Assembly (NCBI GenBank): GCA_038231455.1 | Contig: JBBRLI010000003.1 | Coordinates: forward strand, 64,001-128,000 | DNA from: Vulcanimicrobiales bacterium | GTDB lineage: Bacteria > Vulcanimicrobiota > Vulcanimicrobiia > Vulcanimicrobiales > Vulcanimicrobiaceae | Reading direction: 5' to 3' | Length of the DNA stretch: 64,000 nt | Shown here: positions 18,335-27,226 of the stretch, piece after piece | Layout of the letters: each line of letters begins with the position of its first letter | Numbering within the stretch: the stretch's first letter is position 1 | Translations under genes and position numbers: made by a program | Notes under the pieces: generated by a model | The model's input: only the letters and a program-made list of their open reading frames with translations | The model's database searches: none | Told to the model about the DNA's origin: nothing

Positions 18335-19192
18335 GTGTCGTTTGCACAAGCAATGTTCCTCGCCGTCTTGCAAGGCGTAAGCGAGCTCTTCCCGGTGAGT
18401 AGTCTCGGTCATACGGTGATCATTCCGGCATTGCTGCGCTGGAAGGTCGACCGCAGCGATCCGACGTTTCTTGCCTTCGTCGTCGTCCTGCATCTGGGTA
18501 CGGCGATCGCGCTTGTGGTTTTCTACTGGCGCGAATGGGTTGCCATCGTCGGTGCGTTCGTCCAGAGCGTCGTGCGCGGTAAGCTTTCGAACTCGCGCGA
18601 TGAAAAAGTCGCTTGGCTCCTGATCGCGGGAACGATACCCGTCGGTTTGCTTGGCGTATTCTTTCAAAAGACCGTTCAGGGACTCTTCGCCTCGCCGATG
18701 ATCGTCTCGCTCTTCCTCGTTGCGAATGCCTTCGTGATGTTCTTGGGCGAACAGCTGCGCAGCCGTCAGGCCAAGGCCGTCGATCGTCCCAATCGACCGC
18801 TCGAAGCTTTGAGCTGGCAGGATGCGGTTAAAGTCGGGTTCGCGCAGGGCCTCGCGCTCTTGCCCGGGATCTCGCGCTCGGGCTCCTCGATTGTTGCCGG
18901 ATTGTTGCTCGATCTCGATCATGAAGACGCGGCGAAATATTCGTTTTTACTTGCGACGCCCGTTATTTTGGCAGCGGCAGTGCTCGAATTGCCGGAACTC
19001 TTCGCACCCGAAGTGCATTTGGTGCTCGTGCAGTCGGTCGTTGGGGCCGTCGTTGCGGGCATCACCGCGTATGCATCGGTGGCCTTCTTGACGAAGTACT
19101 TTCAACACAACGATCTGCGGCCGTTCGGCTGGTACTGCTTGATCGTCGGTCTGATCTCGTTCACGCTCTTCGCTACGAAAGTTATCTCATGA
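18335..19192 (+). CDS. uppP: Undecaprenyl-diphosphate phosphatase BacA/UppP
   Basis: QGVSELFPVSSLGH, LHLGT, ALLPGISRSG, YSFLL. Confidence 0.96.
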   Translation: MSFAQAMFLAVLQGVSELFPVSSLGHTVIIPALLRWKVDRSDPTFLAFVVVLHLGTAIALVVFYWREWVAIVGAFVQSVVRGKLSNSRDEKVAWLLIAGTIPVGLLGVFFQKTVQGLFASPMIVSLFLVANAFVMFLGEQLRSRQAKAVDRPNRPLEALSWQDAVKVGFAQGLALLPGISRSGSSIVAGLLLDLDHEDAAKYSFLLATPVILAAAVLELPELFAPEVHLVLVQSVVGAVVAGITAYASVAFLTKYFQHNDLRPFGWYCLIVGLISFTLFATKVIS

Positions 19193-19383
19193 AATTGCTC
19201 CCGATCGTCCTCGCCGTCGTCTGCGCCGCAATCGCGGTCCTGTATTGGACCGGCCATTTTTTCCCAAGCGGCGTACACACAAAGCACGGCGTAGTCTTCG
19301 CATTTCTCGCCGTACTGTGCCTCGTTTGGTACCGCTTCTCAAGCAACAGCGACAGCAGCTCAAGCGTAGGCAAGCGAATTTAA
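19189..19383 (+). CDS. Small two-TM membrane protein with HxKH loop
   Basis: ATGA overlap with uppP; two hydrophobic helices flanking GVHTKHG. Confidence 0.7.
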   Translation: MKLLPIVLAVVCAAIAVLYWTGHFFPSGVHTKHGVVFAFLAVLCLVWYRFSSNSDSSSSVGKRI

Positions 19384-19387
19384 GCAA

Positions 19388-19665
19388 AGGCAACGACGCA
19401 AGGCGCGCCCACGGGGAATCGCGCCAAAGCAACATGTCGAAGCGCGCCATGGCCCGGGGGGGCCGCGCCGAAGGCGTGGGTGCGCGGAGCGGAGCGCAGC
19501 GCCTTTCAACTAGCACGAGAATACTTCGCCCTCAGGCTAAGAACCGGCACGCCGCTATTTCGCCCTCAGGCGAACAACCGGACCGCCAAAATCAAAATCA
19601 CCATGGCGCGCTTCGACTAGCTGCTAAGGCGCGATTCCCCGTGGGCGCCCCTTGCATCGTTGCCT
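19388..19665. repeat. 278-bp element with 65-bp imperfect terminal inverted repeats (MITE/REPIN-like)
   Basis: 19388-19452 vs reverse complement of 19601-19665 match 58/65; internal 32-bp direct repeat at 19522 and 19556. Confidence 0.85.
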
Positions 19666-19669
19666 GGAG

Positions 19670-20584
19670 CTACCGGTGGCCAACGACGTACGTCTCGTCT
19701 GCATGCGGCGAGATGATCTCGACGTTGGGGCGGAATTCGTGCATTAGCGTTTTGAGCTGCGCGGCGTTTTGTAGCGTGGTTTGTAAGATGAGGAGCGGCG
19801 CTTTTTCGGCGGCTGCGAAGACGGCACCGAGGGCGCGGTTATAGCTTGAGTCTTCGTTGGTTCGCTGCACGAAGATCGTGTCGCGGTAATAGCGCTCGAT
19901 GTTTAAATACGGGTCGCCTTGCCACCAGGCTTCCCACATCCAGATGCGGGCGTCAGCTTTTTTGTGCGCATTTTTTCCCGGTGGGGCGATAAAGACGGCG
20001 TCGGCGGTTGTTGCGCCGAGGGTTGCGTTGAAGTCGCCTCTACGTACGGTGTTCCGCAGCGCGTTTTGCGTTACGAGGTGTTCCGTTTCGCGGATATAGT
20101 GCCAGGCGAGTTCGCTTGGCGGGATGTCCGCCATGTCGTCTTGGTATTTTGATTTTTGCAGCCAGTAGCAAAGCACGTGCCAGAGGCCTGCGATCGCGAG
20201 ACCCGTTTGACCGTCGCTACGTAAGTTGTGCACGTTGCTGTGCCACACGCCAAGATAGATGCACTGTTCTTCCGTGAAGAAGACGCCGTCCCACCCTTTG
20301 AACATGTCCATTGGATAGATGCGACCCGGCAGCATCTCCACGATCTCGGCGACTTCACTGTCGCGCAGGATCGTGAGGTCGTTGACGACGAGGCCTTCGC
20401 CTGCGCGCACGAACCAATCCACCAGATCCCCGCCGTGCACGGAGATGCCGTGTCGTTTGAGAAAATTTAAATGGGCGGGATAGCCCATGAACGGATCGAT
20501 GACGCTCTTCGCATCGTACTGCTGGAGGATCTCGAGTAAGCGCGAGCCGGAGATGCGGCGCGTGCGTTCGCTCAGGTCGATCAT
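19670..20584 (-). CDS. D12-class (FokI/Dam-like) DNA adenine methyltransferase homologue with degenerate catalytic motif
   Basis: SVIDPFMG…LKRHG…GGDL (motif I region), FFTEE, DAVFIAPPG in place of DLVYLDPPY. Confidence 0.7.
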   Translation of the reverse strand: MIDLSERTRRISGSRLLEILQQYDAKSVIDPFMGYPAHLNFLKRHGISVHGGDLVDWFVRAGEGLVVNDLTILRDSEVAEIVEMLPGRIYPMDMFKGWDGVFFTEEQCIYLGVWHSNVHNLRSDGQTGLAIAGLWHVLCYWLQKSKYQDDMADIPPSELAWHYIRETEHLVTQNALRNTVRRGDFNATLGATTADAVFIAPPGKNAHKKADARIWMWEAWWQGDPYLNIERYYRDTIFVQRTNEDSSYNRALGAVFAAAEKAPLLILQTTLQNAAQLKTLMHEFRPNVEIISPHADETYVVGHR

Positions 20585-21783
20585 GCGCTAACCCCTTGCG
20601 CCTTGAGAAACGCGCTGACCGTGGTTGGATCGAATTGCGTGCCCGAGGCGGCCATGATTCGTGTCGCCGCGGTCGGTCCGTTTGAAGGCGTGAGCCCGTA
20701 CGGACCGGAGACCAGCGATTCGTATGCCGTCGCAATGGCGAGGACGCGCGCGATCGGATCGATATCGTTTGCACGTTTGCGATCCGGTAACCCCGTTCCG
20801 TCGAACCATTCCGACGATCCGCGCAGCGGCCCAGCGAGGCGCGCGTAACTCGGCGCGATGCCGACGATTGATGCAGCGGCGCTGCCTTCGACTGAACGTA
20901 CGTCGCGACCGAGCCGCGAGAGCGGATCGAATTCATCGCGAATGCCGCGCGCGTGCAATCGACCGAAGGCCGTAAGCTCCGCAGCGAGGATCCCATCGGC
21001 GCGCACGTTCGCGGCCCAGCCGAGTTCGGCGGCCGTCGTATCGACGAAGCCGGCGATGCGTTCGCCGCGGCCCGCGCTGCGTTCGTCTCGCTTGTCTGCA
21101 TCGCGCGCGACGGCGATGACCGCCGCGTCCGGGTTGGCGAGCGCGCGATCGATCGCAAGCGGCGGCTCGATTATCTCAGCGATCGATTCGCGGTTCGTCA
21201 TGAAGAAATCGCGAAATTCGCGCACGAGCGGAACGGAAAACGCCTTGCCGCTGCGCCCGAGGATTTCGTACATCGCTTCATCAGCGCCGCGTGGTTCGCT
21301 TGGATCGTTGCCGAGTTCGATGAACGTCATCGCGATATTCACGATCATCGCAAGCGACGGGATGCCGTGCCAACGGAGGCGGTCGGGATAGCCCGTTCCA
21401 TCCCACGATTCACAGTGCCAGCGAATCATGTCGGCGGTCGCCGAGGGCAGCCCGCCGATGTTTGCGACGATTTTTGCGCCGTGGAGCGGGATGTCCCAAC
21501 GTGCGATCTCTCGCGCGCGGTCGCTCGCGCCGTCATGGTGCGATTTGAGGCGCACGCCGCCGATGCCATGCAGCAGGCCGGCATAATAGGCCGCGGTGAT
21601 CCCCGCCGCGTCGACGCCGTGGCGCTCGGCGAGGCGGGCTGCGAGACTCGCGACCCCGGCGCTCGCGCCGAGCGCGCGGCCGGAAACAGCATCGCTAACC
21701 GCACCAAGCAGCCGCATTGCATCAAGAAATACGCGGTCGGCCGCAGGAACGGGATCGCCGACGAGACCTGGCAACAGTGTCAT
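20581..21783 (-). CDS. Tandem HD-GYP domain protein, degenerate
   Basis: AGLLHGIG, WHCESWDGTGYP; second copy AELTAFG, SSEWFDGTGLP, SGTQFDP. Confidence 0.85.
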   Translation of the reverse strand: MTLLPGLVGDPVPAADRVFLDAMRLLGAVSDAVSGRALGASAGVASLAARLAERHGVDAAGITAAYYAGLLHGIGGVRLKSHHDGASDRAREIARWDIPLHGAKIVANIGGLPSATADMIRWHCESWDGTGYPDRLRWHGIPSLAMIVNIAMTFIELGNDPSEPRGADEAMYEILGRSGKAFSVPLVREFRDFFMTNRESIAEIIEPPLAIDRALANPDAAVIAVARDADKRDERSAGRGERIAGFVDTTAAELGWAANVRADGILAAELTAFGRLHARGIRDEFDPLSRLGRDVRSVEGSAAASIVGIAPSYARLAGPLRGSSEWFDGTGLPDRKRANDIDPIARVLAIATAYESLVSGPYGLTPSNGPTAATRIMAASGTQFDPTTVSAFLKAQGVSA

Positions 21784-21810
21784 CCGTACAAACGGCGAAT
21801 TCTTTGCAGC

Positions 21811-22284
21811 GTGCCGAAACCCTCACATATCTCTGCCGATGGTTCGATTACGATGGTCGACGTCGGTGGCAAAGAGCAAACCTCCCGCGAGGCACGTGCC
21901 GAAGCGCACGTCCGACTCCAGCCCGATACGGCAGTTGCACTCCGTTCGCTCACACGTACAAAAGGCGATGCGTTCGTGACGGCTCAAGTGGCCGGCATCC
22001 TTGCGGCAAAGCAAACCGGAACGCTTATTCCGCTCTGTCATCCGCTCGGACTCGATGCGGTCGACGTTCGATTTGATTGGCCGGAGCCAACGCTCTTACG
22101 CATCGAGACACGCGCCGCGACGACTGGCCCGACGGGCGTCGAAATGGAAGCGCTCGTTGCCGCGACGGTTGCGGCGCTGACGATTTACGACATGTGCAAA
22201 GCAATGGAGAAGGGGATCGAGATCGAATCGGTGCGCCTGCTCTCGAAATCCGGCGGCAAAAGCGGCACCTGGACGCGCTCGTGA
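21811..22284 (+). CDS. moaC: Cyclic pyranopterin monophosphate synthase MoaC
   Basis: MVDVGGK, AGILAAKQT, LIPLCHP, TGVEMEAL, IYDMCKA, KSGGKSG. Confidence 0.97.
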   Translation: MPKPSHISADGSITMVDVGGKEQTSREARAEAHVRLQPDTAVALRSLTRTKGDAFVTAQVAGILAAKQTGTLIPLCHPLGLDAVDVRFDWPEPTLLRIETRAATTGPTGVEMEALVAATVAALTIYDMCKAMEKGIEIESVRLLSKSGGKSGTWTRS

Positions 22285-22763
22285 GCTATCGAACGGCCGT
22301 CGTGATCCTCTCCGACCGGGCCGCCGCGGGGACGCGGCCGGATGGCTGCATCCCGGTCGTGCGCGAGCTTTTAGGCGCGGAGTTCTCGCTCGATGACGAG
22401 CGCGTGCTGCCGGATGACCCGGCGGCTCTCGCCGCTGCGCTCATCTCGCTTGCCGACGTGCACGACTTCGCCTTGATCCTCACGAGCGGCGGGACGGGCC
22501 TCGGGCCCCGCGACCGCACGCCCCAGACGACCGCCTCGATCCTGGACTACGAGGTCCCGGGAATCGGCGAGGCGATGCGGGCGGCCTCGGCGACCTTCAT
22601 CAAAACGGCGATGCTCTCGCGCGCGATTGCGGGGGTTCGCGGGCGCTCCCTGATCGTGAACCTCCCCGGCAGTCCAAAAGCCGTCCGGGAGACGCTCGGG
22701 ATTCTGCTCCCCGCTCTCCCGCACGCGCTCGACCTGCTGGCCGGAGGGGTCACGGACGGCTAG
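22281..22763 (+). CDS. mog: Molybdopterin adenylyltransferase MogA/MoaB family
   Basis: LSDRAAAG, LTSGGTGLGPRDRTP, AMLSRA, NLPGSPKAV. Confidence 0.93.
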   Translation: MSYRTAVVILSDRAAAGTRPDGCIPVVRELLGAEFSLDDERVLPDDPAALAAALISLADVHDFALILTSGGTGLGPRDRTPQTTASILDYEVPGIGEAMRAASATFIKTAMLSRAIAGVRGRSLIVNLPGSPKAVRETLGILLPALPHALDLLAGGVTDG

Positions 22764-22849
22764 GCTCGGGCCCCCGTGCGGGGTCACGTCCAAAATCGCA
22801 GGCGTCGGAAACGATGTCGGGTATACTTTACGGTAATGGTGAGCGACCG

Positions 22850-24172
22850 GTGACCTTCGCATCCGCGACGTCGTATTTACTTGGAACGATCAACGAGACG
22901 GTCTCGCGGCGGATGCCGAATCGGCTCGACCGCATGCGTGCGTTTTTAGCCGCGCTCGGCGATCCGCAAGAGCGCTATCCCATCGTGCACGTTGGCGGCA
23001 CGAGCGGTAAAGGCTCGACCTCGACGATGATCGCTGCGGCACTCACGCAAGCCGGCCACCGCACGGGCTTGCACACGAAGCCCCATCTCGCATCCGTAAC
23101 GGAACGCTCGCGGATCGACGGCGTTGCGATCGATGAAGACCGGTTTGCCGATGTGATGAGTACGCTCATCGAAGCGGTCGACAAGATTGCTGCCGAACAC
23201 GGTCGCCCGTCATACTACGAGACGCTCCTCGCGATTGCGTTTGTGTACTTCGAGCAAGAGAACGTGGACGTCGCCGTGATCGAAGTCGGCATCGGCGGTG
23301 CGCTCGACGGAACCAACGTCATTGTCGCGCCGCGCGCGAGCGTGATTACGAACATCGGACTCGATCACACCGAGACGCTCGGCGATACACTCGAGCTGAT
23401 CGCCCGCGATAAATCCGGGATCGCGCGCGCGGGCGTTCCGCTCGTCTCTGACGTCGCGGACCCCGGTCCGCGTGCGGTGATCGAAGCCACGTGCGCCGCG
23501 GTTGGCGCGCCGTTTATCTCCGTGCGCGATAGCGTGCAGATCGAAGAGCGCGATGGCGAGCTGTACGGCCAGTCGTTCGGCATCGTGACGCCAGTCGACC
23601 GCTACGACCTTTCGCTTCCGATTCTGGGCGGGTTCCAGCGCCGCAACGCCGCGACCGCGATTCGCGCGCTCGAATGTTTGGGCACGGATCTACGGCCCTC
23701 GCGCGCCGATATCGAGAATGCTTTTGCGAACTTGATGATACCCGGGCGCATGGAGTACTTTCCCTCGCATCCGGCAGTCGTCTTCGACATCGCGCACAAT
23801 CCGGATAAAGCGCAGAGCCTTGCCGACGCTCTTGCCGCGACGTTCCCCGACCGCCGTTTCACCTTCATCATGGCCGTTGCCGATAGCAAAGATGCAGGCG
23901 CCGTGATCGCGCCGTTTGCCGCGCTGCGTGGCAATTTTATTTTTACGTCGTTCGAAGCGGCCGGTCGGACCGCAACGCGCCCGCAGCGCCTGGCAAGTCT
24001 GGCCGGTGATTACGGCGTTTGGGGTCGCGCGATCAACGACGCGGTCGAAGCGTTCTCGATCGCGCGACGCAATGCCGACGCCTCGGACATTATCGTCGTT
24101 ACGGGCTCGACGTTTGTGGTCGCGGAACTCCGCCAGTGGTGGTTTGCGAACGTTGCCAAAGCAAACAACTAG
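22850..24172 (+). CDS. folC: Folylpolyglutamate synthase/dihydrofolate synthase
   Basis: HVGGTSGKGST, EVGIGGALDGTNV, IGLDHT, PGRME, DIAHNP; TATACT -10 at 22822 favours GTG 22850. Confidence 0.96.
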   Translation: MTFASATSYLLGTINETVSRRMPNRLDRMRAFLAALGDPQERYPIVHVGGTSGKGSTSTMIAAALTQAGHRTGLHTKPHLASVTERSRIDGVAIDEDRFADVMSTLIEAVDKIAAEHGRPSYYETLLAIAFVYFEQENVDVAVIEVGIGGALDGTNVIVAPRASVITNIGLDHTETLGDTLELIARDKSGIARAGVPLVSDVADPGPRAVIEATCAAVGAPFISVRDSVQIEERDGELYGQSFGIVTPVDRYDLSLPILGGFQRRNAATAIRALECLGTDLRPSRADIENAFANLMIPGRMEYFPSHPAVVFDIAHNPDKAQSLADALAATFPDRRFTFIMAVADSKDAGAVIAPFAALRGNFIFTSFEAAGRTATRPQRLASLAGDYGVWGRAINDAVEAFSIARRNADASDIIVVTGSTFVVAELRQWWFANVAKANN

Positions 24173-25019
24173 CCGCGGCGCGCTCGTCCTGCGCGGCGGC
24201 GTGCTGAAGTGGGGCGTGCGTACGTACGTGATGGGGATCGTGAACGTCACGCCCGATTCGTTTTCTGGTGATGGCATGGTCGATGCGGATACCGCAATCG
24301 CGCATGCACTCGCACAGCGTGACCGCGGCGCGGATATCCTCGATATCGGCGCGGAGTCAACCCGCCCCGGCTTCGCGCCAATCGACGATGCGACCGAACG
24401 CGGACGTCTTTTGCCCGTGATCGCACGGCTGCGGGCGGCGGCTCCGGATGCGATTCTCTCCGTCGATACGTTCAAGGCGCCCGTGTACCTCGAGGCGCAC
24501 GCCGCCGGCGGCGATCTACTCAATTCGATTTGGGGTCTGGACGATGCACTGCTCGCGGCGTGCGTGCAGACGCAGTCGCCCGCGATCATCATGCACAACA
24601 AACGCGTCGCCATGTACGAGCGCGACGTCGTCGACGAAGTGCTGGCCTCGCTCGAAGCGCAAGCCGAACGCGCCGTGACCGCGGGGCTACCTCCGGAGCA
24701 CGTGATCCTCGATCCGGGGATCGGGTTTGGCAAATTACCCGAGCATAATCTTGCCCTGCTCGCGCAACTCGACCGGCTTGTCGCGCTCGGCTTCCCGACG
24801 CTGATCGGGACGTCGCGCAAATCGACGATTGGGAAACTCACCGACCGCCGCGTCGACGAGCGTTCGTACGGCACCGCCGCGACGATCGCGCTTGCAATCG
24901 CGGCGGGGATCGACATCGTGCGCGTGCATGACGTCCAAGAGATGAGCGACGTGGTTCACGTTACCGATGCGATCACCCGCGGCTGGCGCCCGGAAAGCTG
25001 GAACGAAACTTTACCGTGA
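24153..25019 (+). CDS. folP: Dihydropteroate synthase
   Basis: MGIVNVTPDSFSGDG, IGAESTRPG, DPGIGFGK, GTSRKS, RVHDV. Confidence 0.97.
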   Translation: MPKQTTSRGALVLRGGVLKWGVRTYVMGIVNVTPDSFSGDGMVDADTAIAHALAQRDRGADILDIGAESTRPGFAPIDDATERGRLLPVIARLRAAAPDAILSVDTFKAPVYLEAHAAGGDLLNSIWGLDDALLAACVQTQSPAIIMHNKRVAMYERDVVDEVLASLEAQAERAVTAGLPPEHVILDPGIGFGKLPEHNLALLAQLDRLVALGFPTLIGTSRKSTIGKLTDRRVDERSYGTAATIALAIAAGIDIVRVHDVQEMSDVVHVTDAITRGWRPESWNETLP

Positions 25020-25375
25020 GCGATACGATCGAACTGCGCGGTATGCGCATCATCGCGCGCCACGGCGCCAATCTTGGTGAGCAGGATGTCCCGCAACCCT
25101 TCGACGTTGACGTCTTGCTCGAAGTCGATTTCGAACGCGCAAAAACCAGCGATGAGCTTGGCGACACCTACGACTACGCCGCGCTCCATCGGGACATCAC
25201 GCTCATCGTGACGAGTCGCCGCTATAAGTTGCTCGAACGGCTCGGCACCGATATCCTCATGAAGATATTTGAAGACAAGCGCGTACACGCCGCTACGCTG
25301 AGTATCGGGAAGCCGAACTTGCTCGCCGGTGCAACGCCGGTCGTGACGCAGCGCGCGACCAACCCGAACCGTTAG
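25016..25375 (+). CDS. folB: Dihydroneopterin aldolase
   Basis: ARHG..GEQ..PQPF, SDELGDTYDY, KLLERL. Confidence 0.95.
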   Translation: MSDTIELRGMRIIARHGANLGEQDVPQPFDVDVLLEVDFERAKTSDELGDTYDYAALHRDITLIVTSRRYKLLERLGTDILMKIFEDKRVHAATLSIGKPNLLAGATPVVTQRATNPNR

Positions 25376-25857
25376 TGGCGTTGGTCGCGATCGGCATCGG
25401 TTCAAACGATGGTGACGCTCAAAAAAACGTCCTCGATGCATTCGTCCAGCTCCAGCAACTCGGCACGCTAACCGCGCGCTCGTCGATCTATCGTACCAAA
25501 GCCTGGGGTGTAACCGATCAAGCCGATTTCTATAATGCTGCCGCGATACTGGAGACCAATCTCGAGCCGTACGATCTTCTGCGCGAGCTCAAACGCATCG
25601 AGCGCGAAATGGGTCGCACGACGACCTTCCGCTGGGGACCGCGCATCATCGACCTCGATATTCTCACCTTCGACGATCGAACGATCGACGATGTCGATCT
25701 GCAGGTACCGCACGTGCTCATGAACGAGCGTGCGTTCGTCTTGGTACCGCTCGCCGAGATCGATCCGTCGTTCCTCGTCGCACGCGATCGCCTCGATCCC
25801 GCTCAACTCAGCGAAATTCGCGTGGTCATAACCGGGGCAGAGCGCCCTAAATCATGA
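25375..25857 (+). CDS. folK: 6-hydroxymethyl-7,8-dihydropterin pyrophosphokinase
   Basis: IGIGSN, QADFYN, RWGPRIIDLDIL, PH…RAFVLVPL. Confidence 0.96.
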   Translation: MALVAIGIGSNDGDAQKNVLDAFVQLQQLGTLTARSSIYRTKAWGVTDQADFYNAAAILETNLEPYDLLRELKRIEREMGRTTTFRWGPRIIDLDILTFDDRTIDDVDLQVPHVLMNERAFVLVPLAEIDPSFLVARDRLDPAQLSEIRVVITGAERPKS

Positions 25858-26416
25858 TCAGGCCGAGCCGGACGCCGATCGTCACCGCTTCGGCTCGTGT
25901 CGATGCGCCAAGTTTGTTGAGGATCGAGCCGACGTGGAATTTGACGGTGTGATCGCTGATGTGCAGCTTTACAGCGATGACCTTGTTCGATGCGCCGGAT
26001 GAGAGCAAGTTCAAGACTTCCCGTTCGCGTTCGGTCAGATCCGTGACGCTCGGCGTCGTGGTCCGGGCTGTTTCGCGGAGCACGCTACGCGCGTCACTTC
26101 CGAGAAGCGTTAGACCGAGTTCCGCGGCGTCGATTGCGACGCTCAGTTCGGCACTCGTAGCATCGCGCGAGATGATCGCCCGTGCGCCTGCGCCAAGAGC
26201 GCGGCGAAGAAAGCCTTCGCGTGGTTCGTCGGCGAGAACGATCAGCGCGAGCGCGTGATCGAGTCGTTCGAGATCGGCAAGCCCGTCGAGGTCGTTCGGT
26301 ACGTCGAGAATGATGACGTCGGGATCATCCTCGACGATGTGATGGCGCGGTTCGAGCCGCGAGCGTAGCGCGACCCGGATCGCCGGCGATCCCGTTTGGA
26401 TCGCGACGCGTGACAT
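25847..26416 (-). CDS. NarL/LuxR-family regulator with reduced receiver domain
   Basis: LTEREREVL…GASNKVIA…ISDHTVKFHV..ILNKLG HTH. Confidence 0.92.
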   Translation of the reverse strand: MSRVAIQTGSPAIRVALRSRLEPRHHIVEDDPDVIILDVPNDLDGLADLERLDHALALIVLADEPREGFLRRALGAGARAIISRDATSAELSVAIDAAELGLTLLGSDARSVLRETARTTTPSVTDLTEREREVLNLLSSGASNKVIAVKLHISDHTVKFHVGSILNKLGASTRAEAVTIGVRLGLIMI

Positions 26417-26419
26417 ACC

Positions 26420-27226
26420 TTAGGCAGCGTTCGAGAGAGAGACGGGGGGCACGACAATCGTGAGCGGTTTGCCGCCGCGTTCGATCGAGAGCGCACGAGC
26501 CGAGACAAGGCGCATCTCACCGCGGATCGGTCGTCCGTCAATTTCAAGAATGACATCGCCGACGATCAGGCCGGCGGCTTCTGCGCGGCTCTCTTGGGTG
26601 ATGCCGAGGACGGCGAGTCCGATCCGATCGTTGAGGCGCACGGGTGCGTAGCGGATGCCCAGAAGGGGTGCGGGTGCGGTGAGGCCGAGGAATTGTTGCA
26701 CGGTATCACTTGGAACAGCAATCGCTAAGTCTCCGTTTGCAACCATACTGTTGACGCCCACGACGCGGCCGGAGCTGTCCGCCAGCGGACCGCCGGAGTT
26801 GCCCGGCGCCAGGCGCAAATCGGCGGTGACAAATCTTCCGCCCCGCCGCGCGTGGGCGATGCCGAGCGTGAGTGCTCCGAGGATCCCGTGCGGATTTCCC
26901 ATTGCGACGAGCAGCTCGCCGACGCGCAGATCTTTGGGATCGCGAATCGTTGCTGCGGGCAGTCCGGTGGCATCGATCCGTAACTTGGCAAGATCCCGGT
27001 CGACGTCGCGCGCTTCGATGCGCGCCGGGAAGCGCCGACCGTCGCTGAGTTCGACTTCGATCGCGCGCTCGCGTACGACGTGGGCGTTGGTGACGATCGT
27101 TCCGTCGGCGGACCAGATGACGCCCGAACCGGCGCCGCTCCCGCGTTGACCGCGTACCGCGACCGTGGAGGCACGCAGCGTAGCTGCTAAGGTCGCGAGT
27201 TCGTCCGAATAGGTGCTAGCGATCAT
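26420..27226 (-). CDS. S1C (HtrA-like) serine protease with PDZ, no signal peptide
   Basis: TNAHVV, DLAKL, PGNSGGPL, GLIVGDVI. Confidence 0.92.
   Translation of the reverse strand: MIASTYSDELATLAATLRASTVAVRGQRGSGAGSGVIWSADGTIVTNAHVVRERAIEVELSDGRRFPARIEARDVDRDLAKLRIDATGLPAATIRDPKDLRVGELLVAMGNPHGILGALTLGIAHARRGGRFVTADLRLAPGNSGGPLADSSGRVVGVNSMVANGDLAIAVPSDTVQQFLGLTAPAPLLGIRYAPVRLNDRIGLAVLGITQESRAEAAGLIVGDVILEIDGRPIRGEMRLVSARALSIERGGKPLTIVVPPVSLSNAA

Noticed and set aside
19522-19587. 32-bp direct repeats as a mini CRISPR array
   Set aside because: Only two copies, 2-bp gap rather than a spacer, no cas genes
19245-19844. 199-aa ORF spanning the inverted-repeat element
   Set aside because: Arg-rich shadow translation overlapping two real genes; no transposase motifs
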